64,000 nucleotides of DNA from positions 51,584,001 to 51,648,000 of the forward strand of contig CM097887.1 in the NCBI GenBank assembly GCA_044892525.1, given 5' to 3'. The position numbers and the translations under genes were made by a program. The notes beneath the pieces are model-generated. The model had not been told where the DNA came from, ran no database searches, and saw nothing but the letters and a program-made list of their open reading frames with translations. This DNA comes from Schmidtea polychroa. Taxonomy: Eukaryota. Of this stretch, positions 34,597 to 44,549 are shown in pieces; positions within the stretch are counted from its first letter, which is position 1; each line of letters starts with the position of its first letter.

Positions 34597-35178
34597 CCAA
34601 ATCGTATTATTTTACAATATAATAATCAAAAATGGATAGCCACACGACAAGCGATAACCAATAAAAAAGTGGAAATTTACTATTGCGGAAAACTGCAAGC
34701 TACATTGCAAGGTAATATTACATCTAAAATATTAATATTTCAGCAAATACGTTCAAAGTCAACTTCAAAAATTGTGATTGTAAAAATTAATTATTATCAA
34801 CGTGCTTTTCATCCCGATCAATGGAAAATCGTTCTAGTGGAAAGTAAATCTATTCGAGTACAATTTGACACAATTGAGGCTGAAAGCTCAAAATACATGT
34901 ACAATTCATCAACCAATGTGATTAATCAACTCATAAATGACATTAATTCTTCTTTTATTAATGGAAACCAAATTCCAAGAAACAAAACTACATTCTCATT
35001 ATCAAATGATTTTAAAAATACTTATGTTATTTTGTCATCTATCATCATCAGTGTGACACCATTTTCCATTATCATTCTTCTCACTCTACTGATTTACTTT
35101 CAAAGACTTAACAGACAATATGAATGTCAATCCAAGATCTCAAAACCTTGGATTGTCTACGAGGAAACATGGGTTTAG
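34597..35178 (+). CDS. C-terminal half of a type I membrane protein (ectodomain, TM, short tail ending ETWV); in frame with integrase after one TAA
   Basis: Same frame as 32410-34596 and open from 34597. TM 'VILSSIIISVTPFSIIILLTLLIYF' (~35026-35100). Tail 'KPWIVYEETWV*'. Confidence 0.72.
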   Translation, partial: PNRIILQYNNQKWIATRQAITNKKVEIYYCGKLQATLQGNITSKILIFQQIRSKSTSKIVIVKINYYQRAFHPDQWKIVLVESKSIRVQFDTIEAESSKYMYNSSTNVINQLINDINSSFINGNQIPRNKTTFSLSNDFKNTYVILSSIIISVTPFSIIILLTLLIYFQRLNRQYECQSKISKPWIVYEETWV

Positions 35179-35470
35179 TGAGATACATTTATTTTGCATG
35201 CAATTATGATATTATAATAGTACTGTATTAGTAGTAACTTTTATTTTATGATAGTTGTAAAATTTGCACCTTTCAATCAAAGAGAAATATGATTGGCTAA
35301 GAGGGATAGAAAAAAAAATATGAACACAAAATTTTATGGGAAAGAAAATTTAACAACTGTACATAAGGGGTCGTAAAAATAATTAAAATCAGTTTAATTA
35401 GTTAAATCAAAGAAAATAAAATCTTTCAAAATTAAATAGGTAAATTTTTATTAATATTTATTATTTATAC

Positions 35471-35519
35471 AGTGATCACCAAGGCAGTGCCCCTGGGGTA
35501 CTCTCCCGTGTTGATCACT
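35471..35519 (+). promoter_or_regulatory. GC-rich stem-loop upstream of the 3' ORF (function unknown)
   Basis: AGTGATCA pairs with TGATCACT and encloses AGTGCCC-CTG-GGGTACT, in otherwise very AT-rich intergenic DNA. Confidence 0.45.
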
Positions 35520-35562
35520 TCAATCTTAAAATCTAACAAATTTAATAGTGAATATTTCAGTA

Positions 35563-36989
35563 ATGGAACAAATCCAATGGACAAGAGCAATTTATGACGG
35601 ATATTTGAAGATGCACCGCAACCACGTGAGACAAGATGCCATCGCCATCAATGACAACCGGAAAATACCAAACTACTTGAGGGTGGATGACAGAAAATGA
35701 AAACCCGAATTTTTAAAGTGAGCCGGAAATCGGTGAAAATAATAGAAGAAGATGAAATCAAGGATGGAAATGAGTACATGCTACACGTGATCAAAGGGAA
35801 AGTGGAGGTGATAGACGACGGACAAAAAGTCTTTTGGGAATTACACCAAGGATCATCGTGGAAACTGCAGAAAGAAACCTTGAGGAAGAAGTTGAGAGCA
35901 TCCAATGAAGATTCAAGAGTTGTTTTGGAAACACGAATCCCGAACGAGGAAAATGAAATTCCACAAACCACTTCAAAATTGCCAGATGATCCAACAATGC
36001 TTCCAATTACTACAGAAATGCTGAAAAGAAGATTGTCATTTATTCGAAGGGAAATGAGTCTGGAGGAGATACGGAACCAAATCGTGTTTATTGATGCAGA
36101 ATATGGAACATCAGAAAATAATAAAATGATTCCGTTGTCAATAGCGATGATGAGTTACGAAGGAAAAATAATTAAAAATTCATATTTGACACCAAGAGGA
36201 AGATTGCGTCATTTCAATTCCAGCATTCATGGTATCACAGAGATTGCCAGTAGAAACCAATGCGACCAGTATACGGAGATGCGAAAAGTTCAAAAACTAA
36301 CTGTTGGAAAAATTTTAATGGGACATGATCTTCATGCAGAATCGGAACATTTGAAAATCTGGACAAATCAATTGTACGGAATTAGGGATCTAGCAACAGC
36401 ACAGGCACTCCAACTGAAAGGAATAACAAGGAGAGGAGAATTCTTTTAACTCAAAACAGTGGTTGAAGAAATATTTGGAGAACAAACACAAACTGGTATT
36501 CACTCAGCATTGGAAGATGTCAAAAATGTACGGAGAGTGTACAGGAAAATTGAGAATTTATGGGAAGATGATGTAAAAATCCAGAAAATAGTCCCGTCAA
36601 AGAAATATTCTTTGGCAGAATATCAAAACCTTTATGCGGTGGACAAAGTACCAACAACGAGTGGAACATACTTCGAGATAGTTGAACAAGTCGATCTAAC
36701 AATTGAAGAACAAATGGAAATTGACGAAGCACCGTTGAAATGGGCAACTGAAGAATATTTGGATCCGATCAATGAAAGCCTCGAAATGATAATAAGTTTA
36801 TCTATTCACAGAATTCCGGCATCATTTGAACATGGGCCTATTCTTCATTTAGAGGATAGAAAAAGAAAATCAACAACAAAAATCGAAGCCAGCGAGTCCA
36901 TCATGGTGAATGGAATAGTCTATTATCGGGAGAAAACATATATCCGCTACAAGAGTGAGGCGGGAAAAATAGAATTGAAGATTGATTGA
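35563..36989 (+). pseudogene. 3' accessory ORF with an ISG20/REX4-like DEDDh 3'-5' exonuclease (ORFs 35697-36449 and 36459-36989, in frame, one TAA between them)
   Basis: ExoI 'IVFIDAEYG' (36081), 'YLTPRGRLRHFNSSIHGITE', ExoII-like 'KILMGHDLHAE', 'IRDLAT' and ExoIII '*LKTVVEEIFGEQTQTGIHSALEDV' (36501-36518). Probable frameshifted N-terminus from the ATG at 35563. Confidence 0.85.
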
Positions 36990-37277
36990 TTATTGTTTAT
37001 ATATTTATTATTATTATTATTATTATTATTGTTTATATATATATATATATCATGATTAATAAAAACTTTCCCTCGTCTTATATATATTTTGGCGTCCCAT
37101 CCCATAATTGAATATTGAATTAAATAAATTAAATAAATAAAATAATCAAAATGAATAAATGAATAAATAAATAAAATAATCAAATAAAACAATTAAATAG
37201 TAACAAAAAAAATTAAATAACCAAACGTAACTATTATTGTCAGTATTGTAGTTAAAATTAGTATTATTAGCATTTAT

Positions 37278-37538
37278 NNNNNNNNNNNNNNNNNNNNNNN
37301 NNNNNNNNNNNNNNNNNNNNNNNNNNNNNNNNNNNNNNNNNNNNNNNNNNNNNNNNNNNNNNNNNNNNNNNNNNNNNNNNNNNNNNNNNNNNNNNNNNNN
37401 NNNNNNNNNNNNNNNNNNNNNNNNNNNNNNNNNNNNNNNNNNNNNNNNNNNNNNNNNNNNNNNNNNNNNNNNNNNNNNNNNNNNNNNNNNNNNNNNNNNN
37501 NNNNNNNNNNNNNNNNNNNNNNNNNNNNNNNNNNNNNN
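37278..37538. other. Assembly gap (N run) in the element's 3' UTR, flanked by ATT-rich simple sequence
   Basis: Run of n characters. Confidence 1.
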
Positions 37539-37712
37539 GTTACTATTATCATATTATTATTTCACTATTATTACTATTATTATTAATTCACTGCTATTAT
37601 TAGTGATACTATTATTATAAAATTATTATAAAATATCATTATGGTATTGAGAATACTCTACCATCTTAATAAATAATTAATAATTGAATAGATTCGAGGA
37701 CGAATCTTAATT

Positions 37713-37724
37713 AAAAGGGGGAGA
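37713..37724 (+). promoter_or_regulatory. Polypurine tract
   Basis: AAAAGGGGGAGA, 2 nt before the 3' LTR start TGTTGGG. Confidence 0.92.
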
Positions 37725-37726
37725 TA

Positions 37727-38040
37727 TGTTGGGGTTAGAGCAAAAACAAAATAAATTTCACATGGTATCAGAAAGCAGAACAAAAATTGGTAAAATCAAT
37801 ATAAGTACAAAATTAATTAAAATTTAATGAAAATTAAAAATCAATATTGAACGGGGGTATCGGGTATGGTTGAATGCCAAATTGTTAGACGAGGTTAGAA
37901 AGCATAATAAAAATGTAATAGGGTGATCATAGAAAAACTTAATAAGGAAAAACAAATTAATTAAAATTAATTAATCTGTAATGGAAAGCCCGAACCAATG
38001 GAAAGCCCGAGCCCATGGGAAACCCGAGCACTGAAGAAAA
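37727..38040 (+). repeat. 3' LTR, truncated after ~314 bp
   Basis: Near-identical to 23829-24176, apart from two substitutions I can see and two fewer 17-bp units. Identity stops abruptly at 38040. Confidence 0.92.
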
Positions 38041-38064
38041 ATTCATAATCACTGATTATATTAG

Positions 38065-39524
38065 TGTTGGGCTAAGAATGATGCGAGATCTGAATAAAAC
38101 TTCGTAATGAAAAGTAATTAAATAACTAAATGAGTAAGAGTAATCCAAAATAATTGGTAGAAGGTCGAGACGAAGCCTTAAACCACAGAAATTTCAATTA
38201 TTTATAATTAAGCTGTACAAGAAACATAAAGTCATAAAAATATCCTGAAAGTAGACACAGCCCAGCAATAATAATCAGGTTACCCAAAAGGTGAGACTGA
38301 GATAAAAAGCGATAGCTTTGGCAAGCAGGAAAAGAGAAAAACCACCAAAATAAAAAATAAAAATCAACCAATCAAATTGATTGAGATCAAAATTAAAAAT
38401 AAATGAATAAAACTATCAAAACGCAAGGGTGTGACCGAATCATATTTTCTAAGCTTCAAGAAAAAAATCTACAAAAGGCCGACGTCTCGGCAGACTACCA
38501 CCACTCATTTACAACAAAAAGAAACCGAGTTTTAAAAAGTTATACTTTATTCAACAGTTATGAAATTGTTGAGGTTTTAAAAGAAAATTATTTAAATATA
38601 TAGTTCAGATTAAAATGAAAACCGAAATTGAATGGCGGTCAAGCAGAGAAGTAATGGCAAAGAAAGATATGATAAAAACAGAACTATAAAAGGGTACAAT
38701 CAGACATGAAATGGAAAAATGCGCAAACCTGAGGAAAGGTAACTAAGTGAAAAGTTATCGAAATTGAAGCTGGAAAACTGGAGAGGGGTAGATTAGGGGA
38801 TGGTGAAGAAAACAGTGAGCAAGAAATTGTTAGAAAATGTTTAGAAAGGGTCGTAAAGCAGACAAATATGAAAAAACGTAAAATATTAATTAATTAATTA
38901 ATTGGTTAATGGGAAACCCGAACTAAGGGGAAGTCCGAGCGATGAAGAAACCCCGAGCACGGCAATCTGGAAGGGTAAACAAACGAGGAATTCAGAGGGT
39001 AATTATCCAAACAACCGGATAAAAGAGGGTAAACAAAAGAAAGGGAATTACTTAAAGGCTCAACAGAAATAACTAATTAGAGAATGATATCTAAGGAAGT
39101 CAAAACCAATTAGGTCAAAAACGGAGCAATCACAACAATTATGGGAGTATATATGGAAACTCAAAATTCATATAATCGGCGGTAGCCTTAGGTAGGGAAG
39201 AAGAAACAGACGATAGGAGTTCGAGGAATAAAATAAAAGAAGAAAAAGAATTATAAGAATCGAGGAGTCGGAAAGCAATATTAAAGGAGTTCGGATCAGA
39301 GAGAGGAATCAAACAAAAAGGTGAAACTTATTTTTAAATCGTCCAGAGCGGAGTTCGATCGGAAATTGTAAGAAAATTGTGGTTAACTAGAAGTGTCGTT
39401 ATTTATCGAGAATTGTAAATTTTCTATAAAAAAAATATACGTTGGGAGTTTGTGTTTATTAATTTTTGGAACACGTGGAGTCAGAGTAACCAACAGTTGA
39501 TTTTTGGTATCATAAAACCAAACA
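38065..39524 (+). mobile_element. Diverged LTR of a related Gypsy family
   Basis: Begins TGTTGGG. Contains AATTAATTAATT..TAATGGGAAACCCGAA (~38900) and a GGAGTCAGAG..CAACA-type end. The end is ambiguous (39495 or 39524) and no TSD was found. Confidence 0.6.
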
Positions 39525-40010
39525 AAATGTACATAATGAGTGGAATAGAGAAAAATCTCGACAAAAAAATAAACGGGAAAATTCGGTTATAAATAATAAA
39601 ATGTGAAATATGGACAATAGCAAAGCAGGGCGTAATACCTTCTATGGTCAGTCTGTGAATCCAGAGGCGTGTCAGGGCATTAGGAGTCCCTAAAATTAGG
39701 CTTGTCTTTCGCTGGCGACCACCCACTAATGTACAGCACCACCCTCGCTTGCAACGGTTGCCTTGCGGATTTATCAATAGTTATGCGGTATTGCGAAACG
39801 GAAAAGGAGGTGGAATAAATTACCACTATCAAAGGGAGCAAGGAAATGGTTTTTCCCCAAATCGTGGTGTCAATCCTGAAAAAGTAAAAAGATTTTGACA
39901 TAAAATGTATTCAATTTTGGTGTAAATAAAGTTATTTTGTTGGTATTGGAATCTTATTTACTTAATTATTGAATAAGGAGAGTCGTATTGAGAGCTAATT
40001 CCAGTCAACA
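39525..40010 (+). mobile_element. Fragment ending like a third LTR
   Basis: AATAAAGTTATTTTGT (also in the main LTR), followed by GGAGAGTC...GTCAACA ending at 40010. Confidence 0.4.
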
Positions 40011-40099
40011 AAATTAATGATATCCCAATAAATGTTACAACGCTAACATTAAAAATAATTAATTGTTTAAATATTAAATAGTACAGATGAATCCGCTTA

Positions 40100-41566
40100 C
40101 AGGGTTTTAAGTTGTATTTTGACAAGCATAATATATTTTTTGACAATATTAACCAGATAATAAACAATATTAAATCTATTATTGACAATATATACTAAAT
40201 TAATAACAAAAAAAGCTTTATTAATGACATTATAAATATATTTTTAGACATTCTATGCATGGCTCGACAAATAAATCAATTTCCTGCTTCCATAGCAAAT
40301 AATACAGAAATAGTAGTCGAAAGTGATAACACTGCCGAACCAGCTATCCGTAACACTTTTCGAGTACAACGAAGAAATAATACAATTTCAAATGCTGATA
40401 GAGATCGTGTTATTACAGCATACGATGACGGGACTTCAATAGTTGATATTTCTCGAATTTTATCAATAAAAAGAACTACAATTTATGGTATTTTGAAGAA
40501 GTACCATAACACTGGAGTGGTGGAAGCTGATAAGAGAGGCGGCGATCATCCACTAAAATTGACAGAGGATCAAAAAAATCAAGTAAAAGAGTGGGTTGAT
40601 AATAACTGCCAATTATCGTTGAAAGTTTTAGCGGAAAAGGTATTTACAGAGTTTCAAATTAGAATATCCACAACTTATGTATATAATTTATTATCTCGTT
40701 TTCATTATTCAATGAAAAGACTTCATTTAATTCCAGAGAGAAGAAATTCAACAGAAGTAATTGAAACCAGAAAAGAATATGCACTTAAATTCTCTTCTAT
40801 ACTAAGTATATATTCAGAACAAGAATTAATATTTATTGATGAGGTGGGATTCAACGTTTCTATGAGAACAACAAGAGGAAGATCACAAATAGGCACTCCT
40901 GCAACATTAAATGTACCGACCATACGATCAAGAAATATATCTATAGCATGTGCAATGAACAAAAATGGGTTATTGTTTTATAAATCTTTTAATCGGGCCC
41001 TCAATAAAGAGAAGTTTATCGAATATATAACAGAGCTAAAGGAAGTTTTAATTGATAAAGAGATTCACAGATGCGTAATCATAATGGATAATGTTAAGTT
41101 CCATAAAAGTCCTGAAGTGCTTAGCGCTATAAATAATGAAAATACAACTGTAAAATTTCTTCCGCCGTACTCAACTTTTCTCAATCCTATTGAGAACATG
41201 TTCAGCAAGTGGAAGGAAATCACCAAAAGAACCAACACCAGAAATGAAGATGATCTTATGCGAGCAATTGAAAATGGAAGTACCCTAATATCTTCACAAG
41301 ACTGTAGTAATTATGTGCGAAATATGTGGTCATATATACCAAGATGTATTGAGGGAGAAATTATTCTTAATTAAATGTCACTTAATTTTTTTGTCATTAC
41401 ATTTTTTGTAATATATTACATTAATATATGTATTATTGTCATTTATATTATTTAAATTGGCATTTATTTTATTAATATTGTCATTAATGTATTTAACATT
41501 GTCAAAGATTATATTAAAATATTCAAAAAATATGTTATGTTTGTCATAATACGACTTGAAACCCTG
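40100..41566 (+). mobile_element. Tc1/IS630-like DNA transposon, full length
   Basis: 44-bp TIRs (CAGGGTTT...) with 5 mismatches, TA on both sides and repeated TGACAA/TTGTCA subterminal motifs. Confidence 0.92.
40259..41374 (+). CDS. DD34E transposase, intact 371 aa ORF
   Basis: HTH 'TSIVDISRILSIKRTTIYGILKKY', 'FIDEVGF' and 'IIMDNVKFH...FLPPYSTFLNPIEN'. I count 34 residues between the second D and E. Confidence 0.93.
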   Translation: MARQINQFPASIANNTEIVVESDNTAEPAIRNTFRVQRRNNTISNADRDRVITAYDDGTSIVDISRILSIKRTTIYGILKKYHNTGVVEADKRGGDHPLKLTEDQKNQVKEWVDNNCQLSLKVLAEKVFTEFQIRISTTYVYNLLSRFHYSMKRLHLIPERRNSTEVIETRKEYALKFSSILSIYSEQELIFIDEVGFNVSMRTTRGRSQIGTPATLNVPTIRSRNISIACAMNKNGLLFYKSFNRALNKEKFIEYITELKEVLIDKEIHRCVIIMDNVKFHKSPEVLSAINNENTTVKFLPPYSTFLNPIENMFSKWKEITKRTNTRNEDDLMRAIENGSTLISSQDCSNYVRNMWSYIPRCIEGEIILN

Positions 41567-42481
41567 TAATATATTTATTATTGTTATTTATTATTATTAT
41601 GCATTTGTCATCTATTTATTCAAATCGCTACTTTCGAATGGGGATATTAGAAATAATTCAACTTAATCTCATTACAAGAGAGAATATAAGAGAAATTTTC
41701 TAAATTTATTTCTATTTTAATGAATTGCATAGCTAATTAAGATCAGTTGGGATCATATTATGACAGTACTGAAGGAGAAAGGAAATATAAATTAATTTTC
41801 TTCCAAAAAAAATCTAATTATAAATGAAATCAAAAATAATCAAATTAAAATTTATTTATGGAATATTATAATTGAGAAACGAAATTGTGAAACTTGAAAT
41901 TTCCATGCCTATAATTTTATATCCTACTTTCGAGGATGCTAATCAGCCACCGTTAACCATTTTAATTCAATTAGAAAGGGTGGTCGAATTTACTCCTATC
42001 ATTTTACGCCTGATTCTGAGATGCTTGTTTAATTAATTCGCATTGGTCAAAGGACTTTATTGTCATATAAATTGATGCAAATATCCCTCTATCCGGTCAA
42101 ATTTGAAGCGGAGAAAGAAGAAAATGATTGGTGAATAACTGAGAAGTATAAATTGGAGCGTGTCGAGAAATCAAAGACCATAAAAATATACTTTAAAATT
42201 TCTGGTTGATAAACGAAAGACATTTGAAAAAAATAAAATAAAAGATTGAAAGTTTTCCAAAAGTAAATAAAGAATGGTAAAATATTCCATTTGCAGAATC
42301 ATCTCATTACTGAATTTCATAACCTATTTGTCCTTGTTGACATGTACGACGTAGCGCTGTAATTACTTATTATTTATTTATAAATTGTGGAGCTCGGTAA
42401 TATATTTTATGTTGTAAATAATGATATCGGTTCATTGCGATTATATTGAATAAATCACCTACAAGGACAAGCTCTTCTAAC

Positions 42482-43408
42482 CAAAGGCGTCTTTAGAAAT
42501 TTTTCGCCCATGTGCTATAAACTATAATGCGCCCCTAAAAAAACAATTTTTACAAAAATATATTATGTTTATTAATAATATTACACATTATTACATATAC
42601 ATATATTAATATTATATATTATATCATTTTATTTCAATGACTAGGATAACAAACGAACAAAAACAAACAATAAAAAATTAATATTAAATTAACATTAGCT
42701 TAAAAAAATTCAACAGTCTAATGTTTTCTTTAAACAAAAACATTAAGAAAAAAATAAATTTCTTTCAAACATAAATATCAAAATATAACATTAAATAGAA
42801 TTACATGTATAATGAAGAAAAACGATTACAATATTTTTTTCTTTCTAGATTTATTTCTTGCAAAACTATCAACTATTTCTTCACAGTCGTTACTTTCAAA
42901 AAATTCAGACTCAATGGCTAATATACTTAAATTATTAAATTTTTCTTGTCGCAAGGAAGAACGAAGATGATTTTTTAATCTTTTTAGAAGCACATCCGGA
43001 TAATTTTTTCTTTTCCATTTTTATTTTACAAGGGTATCTTTAAAAAAATGTAAAGTTATAAATTGTAATAAAAAAAATATATTCTTTTCACCTTTTATTT
43101 CAAAATTAATTCGTAAATGTGGATAATAAATGTGGATTATTACAAAATTTTCTTCTCAATTTTTTAAAGTTTTAAAATTTATAAACAAAAATGTCAAAAA
43201 ATAACAATTATTTTTGCATATATTTAAAATTTAATTTATTTATTAAACTAATTTTTTTTCGATTTTCTTTAATTTTGTTTTGTTTATAATTTTTCAATTT
43301 ATTTTTCAATTTTATCAAATTTATGGCTTTTATAAAATTTATGGCGCCCCTTCACTCACGGCGCCCCCTGTGCTTAGCACAGTTAGCACACTGAAAGAGA
43401 CGGCGCTG
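42482..43408 (-). mobile_element. Internally deleted hAT with dimerisation-domain remnant
   Basis: TIRs CAAAGGCGTCT / AGACGGCGCTG. 8-bp TSD CTTCTAAC. Minus strand reads 'LKKIKNHLRSSLRQEKFNNLSILAIESE'. Confidence 0.9.
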
Positions 43409-43941
43409 CTTCTAACCTTATAAAATTTGGATAATTATTATTAGCCAATCGACTTTTCCAAACGAGTTACTTGTCAATAAATGCTTTCCGCTTCCTTCCG
43501 GTATTTAAAATAACCTTTGTGTGATTTTTTTGGAGGTGACATTGTGTTGTGACACAAGTTCTTGATAAAGTATATTGAAAATGAATTTGTAACACTACTT
43601 ATGAAATTTATATTTAAGTTGTCATTATTTTTTTCCAATTTAAAAAAAAATATAAATTGTTAAAATTATAAATAATAAATAAAAATTAATAATTTTGTTT
43701 ATAAAAAGGGTTAAAACGATTTTTTGAGTGGCGCTTTCTTTTAATAATCATTAAAACTATTTAAGTTATCTCATCAACATTCAAAATAAAAGAAAATTAC
43801 ATAATGAAAATTACATACATAAAATTGACATTGTGTAATGAGTTTGACATTATTACGTAATATTTTCTAAGTGCGAAATCAATATTTATCGACATTTTTC
43901 AATACAGTGCGGTAGTTTCAGCTGCAACGTATAATTGTTAA

Positions 43942-44157
43942 CCCTTTAACGCACATACCCAAGCATAACTCGGGTAAATGTTAATGGCATCCCCGAGAGA
44001 GACTCGGGTATACAAAATATAAAGTTTTGTTTAAGATTCACTAACGATTATATCTCAGGTAGTGTAATAAATTTATTGACAGTTGATATAATAATTATCA
44101 ATAATAATAAAAAATGATTTTTTTTGCCGTTGTATAAAAAAACCGTGTGTTAAGGGG
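43942..44157. mobile_element. piggyBac-type MITE
   Basis: TTAA on both sides. Imperfect TIRs CCCTTTAACGCAC / GTGTGTTAAGGGG. Confidence 0.75.
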
Positions 44158-44549
44158 TTAATAAAATAAAGCATTCGTCATAGTTAATTCAATTTTTATT
44201 CATTAACTCCTTGGAACTAGTTATATAAAATATCCTTTGCAACACAGATTTTTGGAATTAATTAATTAAACAATTAAGCAATTAATTAAACAAATAGTAT
44301 TTTAAATTAAATTAACTATATTCATTTAATGAAGTGATTAGTAAATTACAATTTTCTGATTAGTATTTATTTTGTTAGAAATTATTAATATTTTAAATTT
44401 TATTAAAAATTATTTATTTAACTGTTAATTTTTCGATTTTAACTTGAAATCTAAAAGTATCTAAATTCCCGTCTTTACTTCATTTGATAATCTATTAGAT
44501 CAGTGTTTCTCAAACTTTTTACGTAAAGTACCCTTTTATTATGCAAATA

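Larger units (their letters stand above)
23829..38040 (+). mobile_element. ~14.2 kb Ty3/Gypsy (Metaviridae-like) LTR retroelement carrying env and several captured accessory domains; disrupted copy
   Basis: Matching LTRs at 23829 and 37727, a PBS, a PPT and a gag with CCHC knuckles. The PR-RT-RH-IN order is diagnostic of Gypsy. Extra ORFs are described below. Confidence 0.96.

Noticed and set aside
25224-36747. Minus-strand ORFs overlapping gag, env, pol and the exonuclease (e.g. 30067-30423, 35648-35971)
   Set aside because: These are antisense shadows of the coding strand with no motifs.
37274-37552. 92-aa ORF
   Set aside because: Artefact of the N gap.
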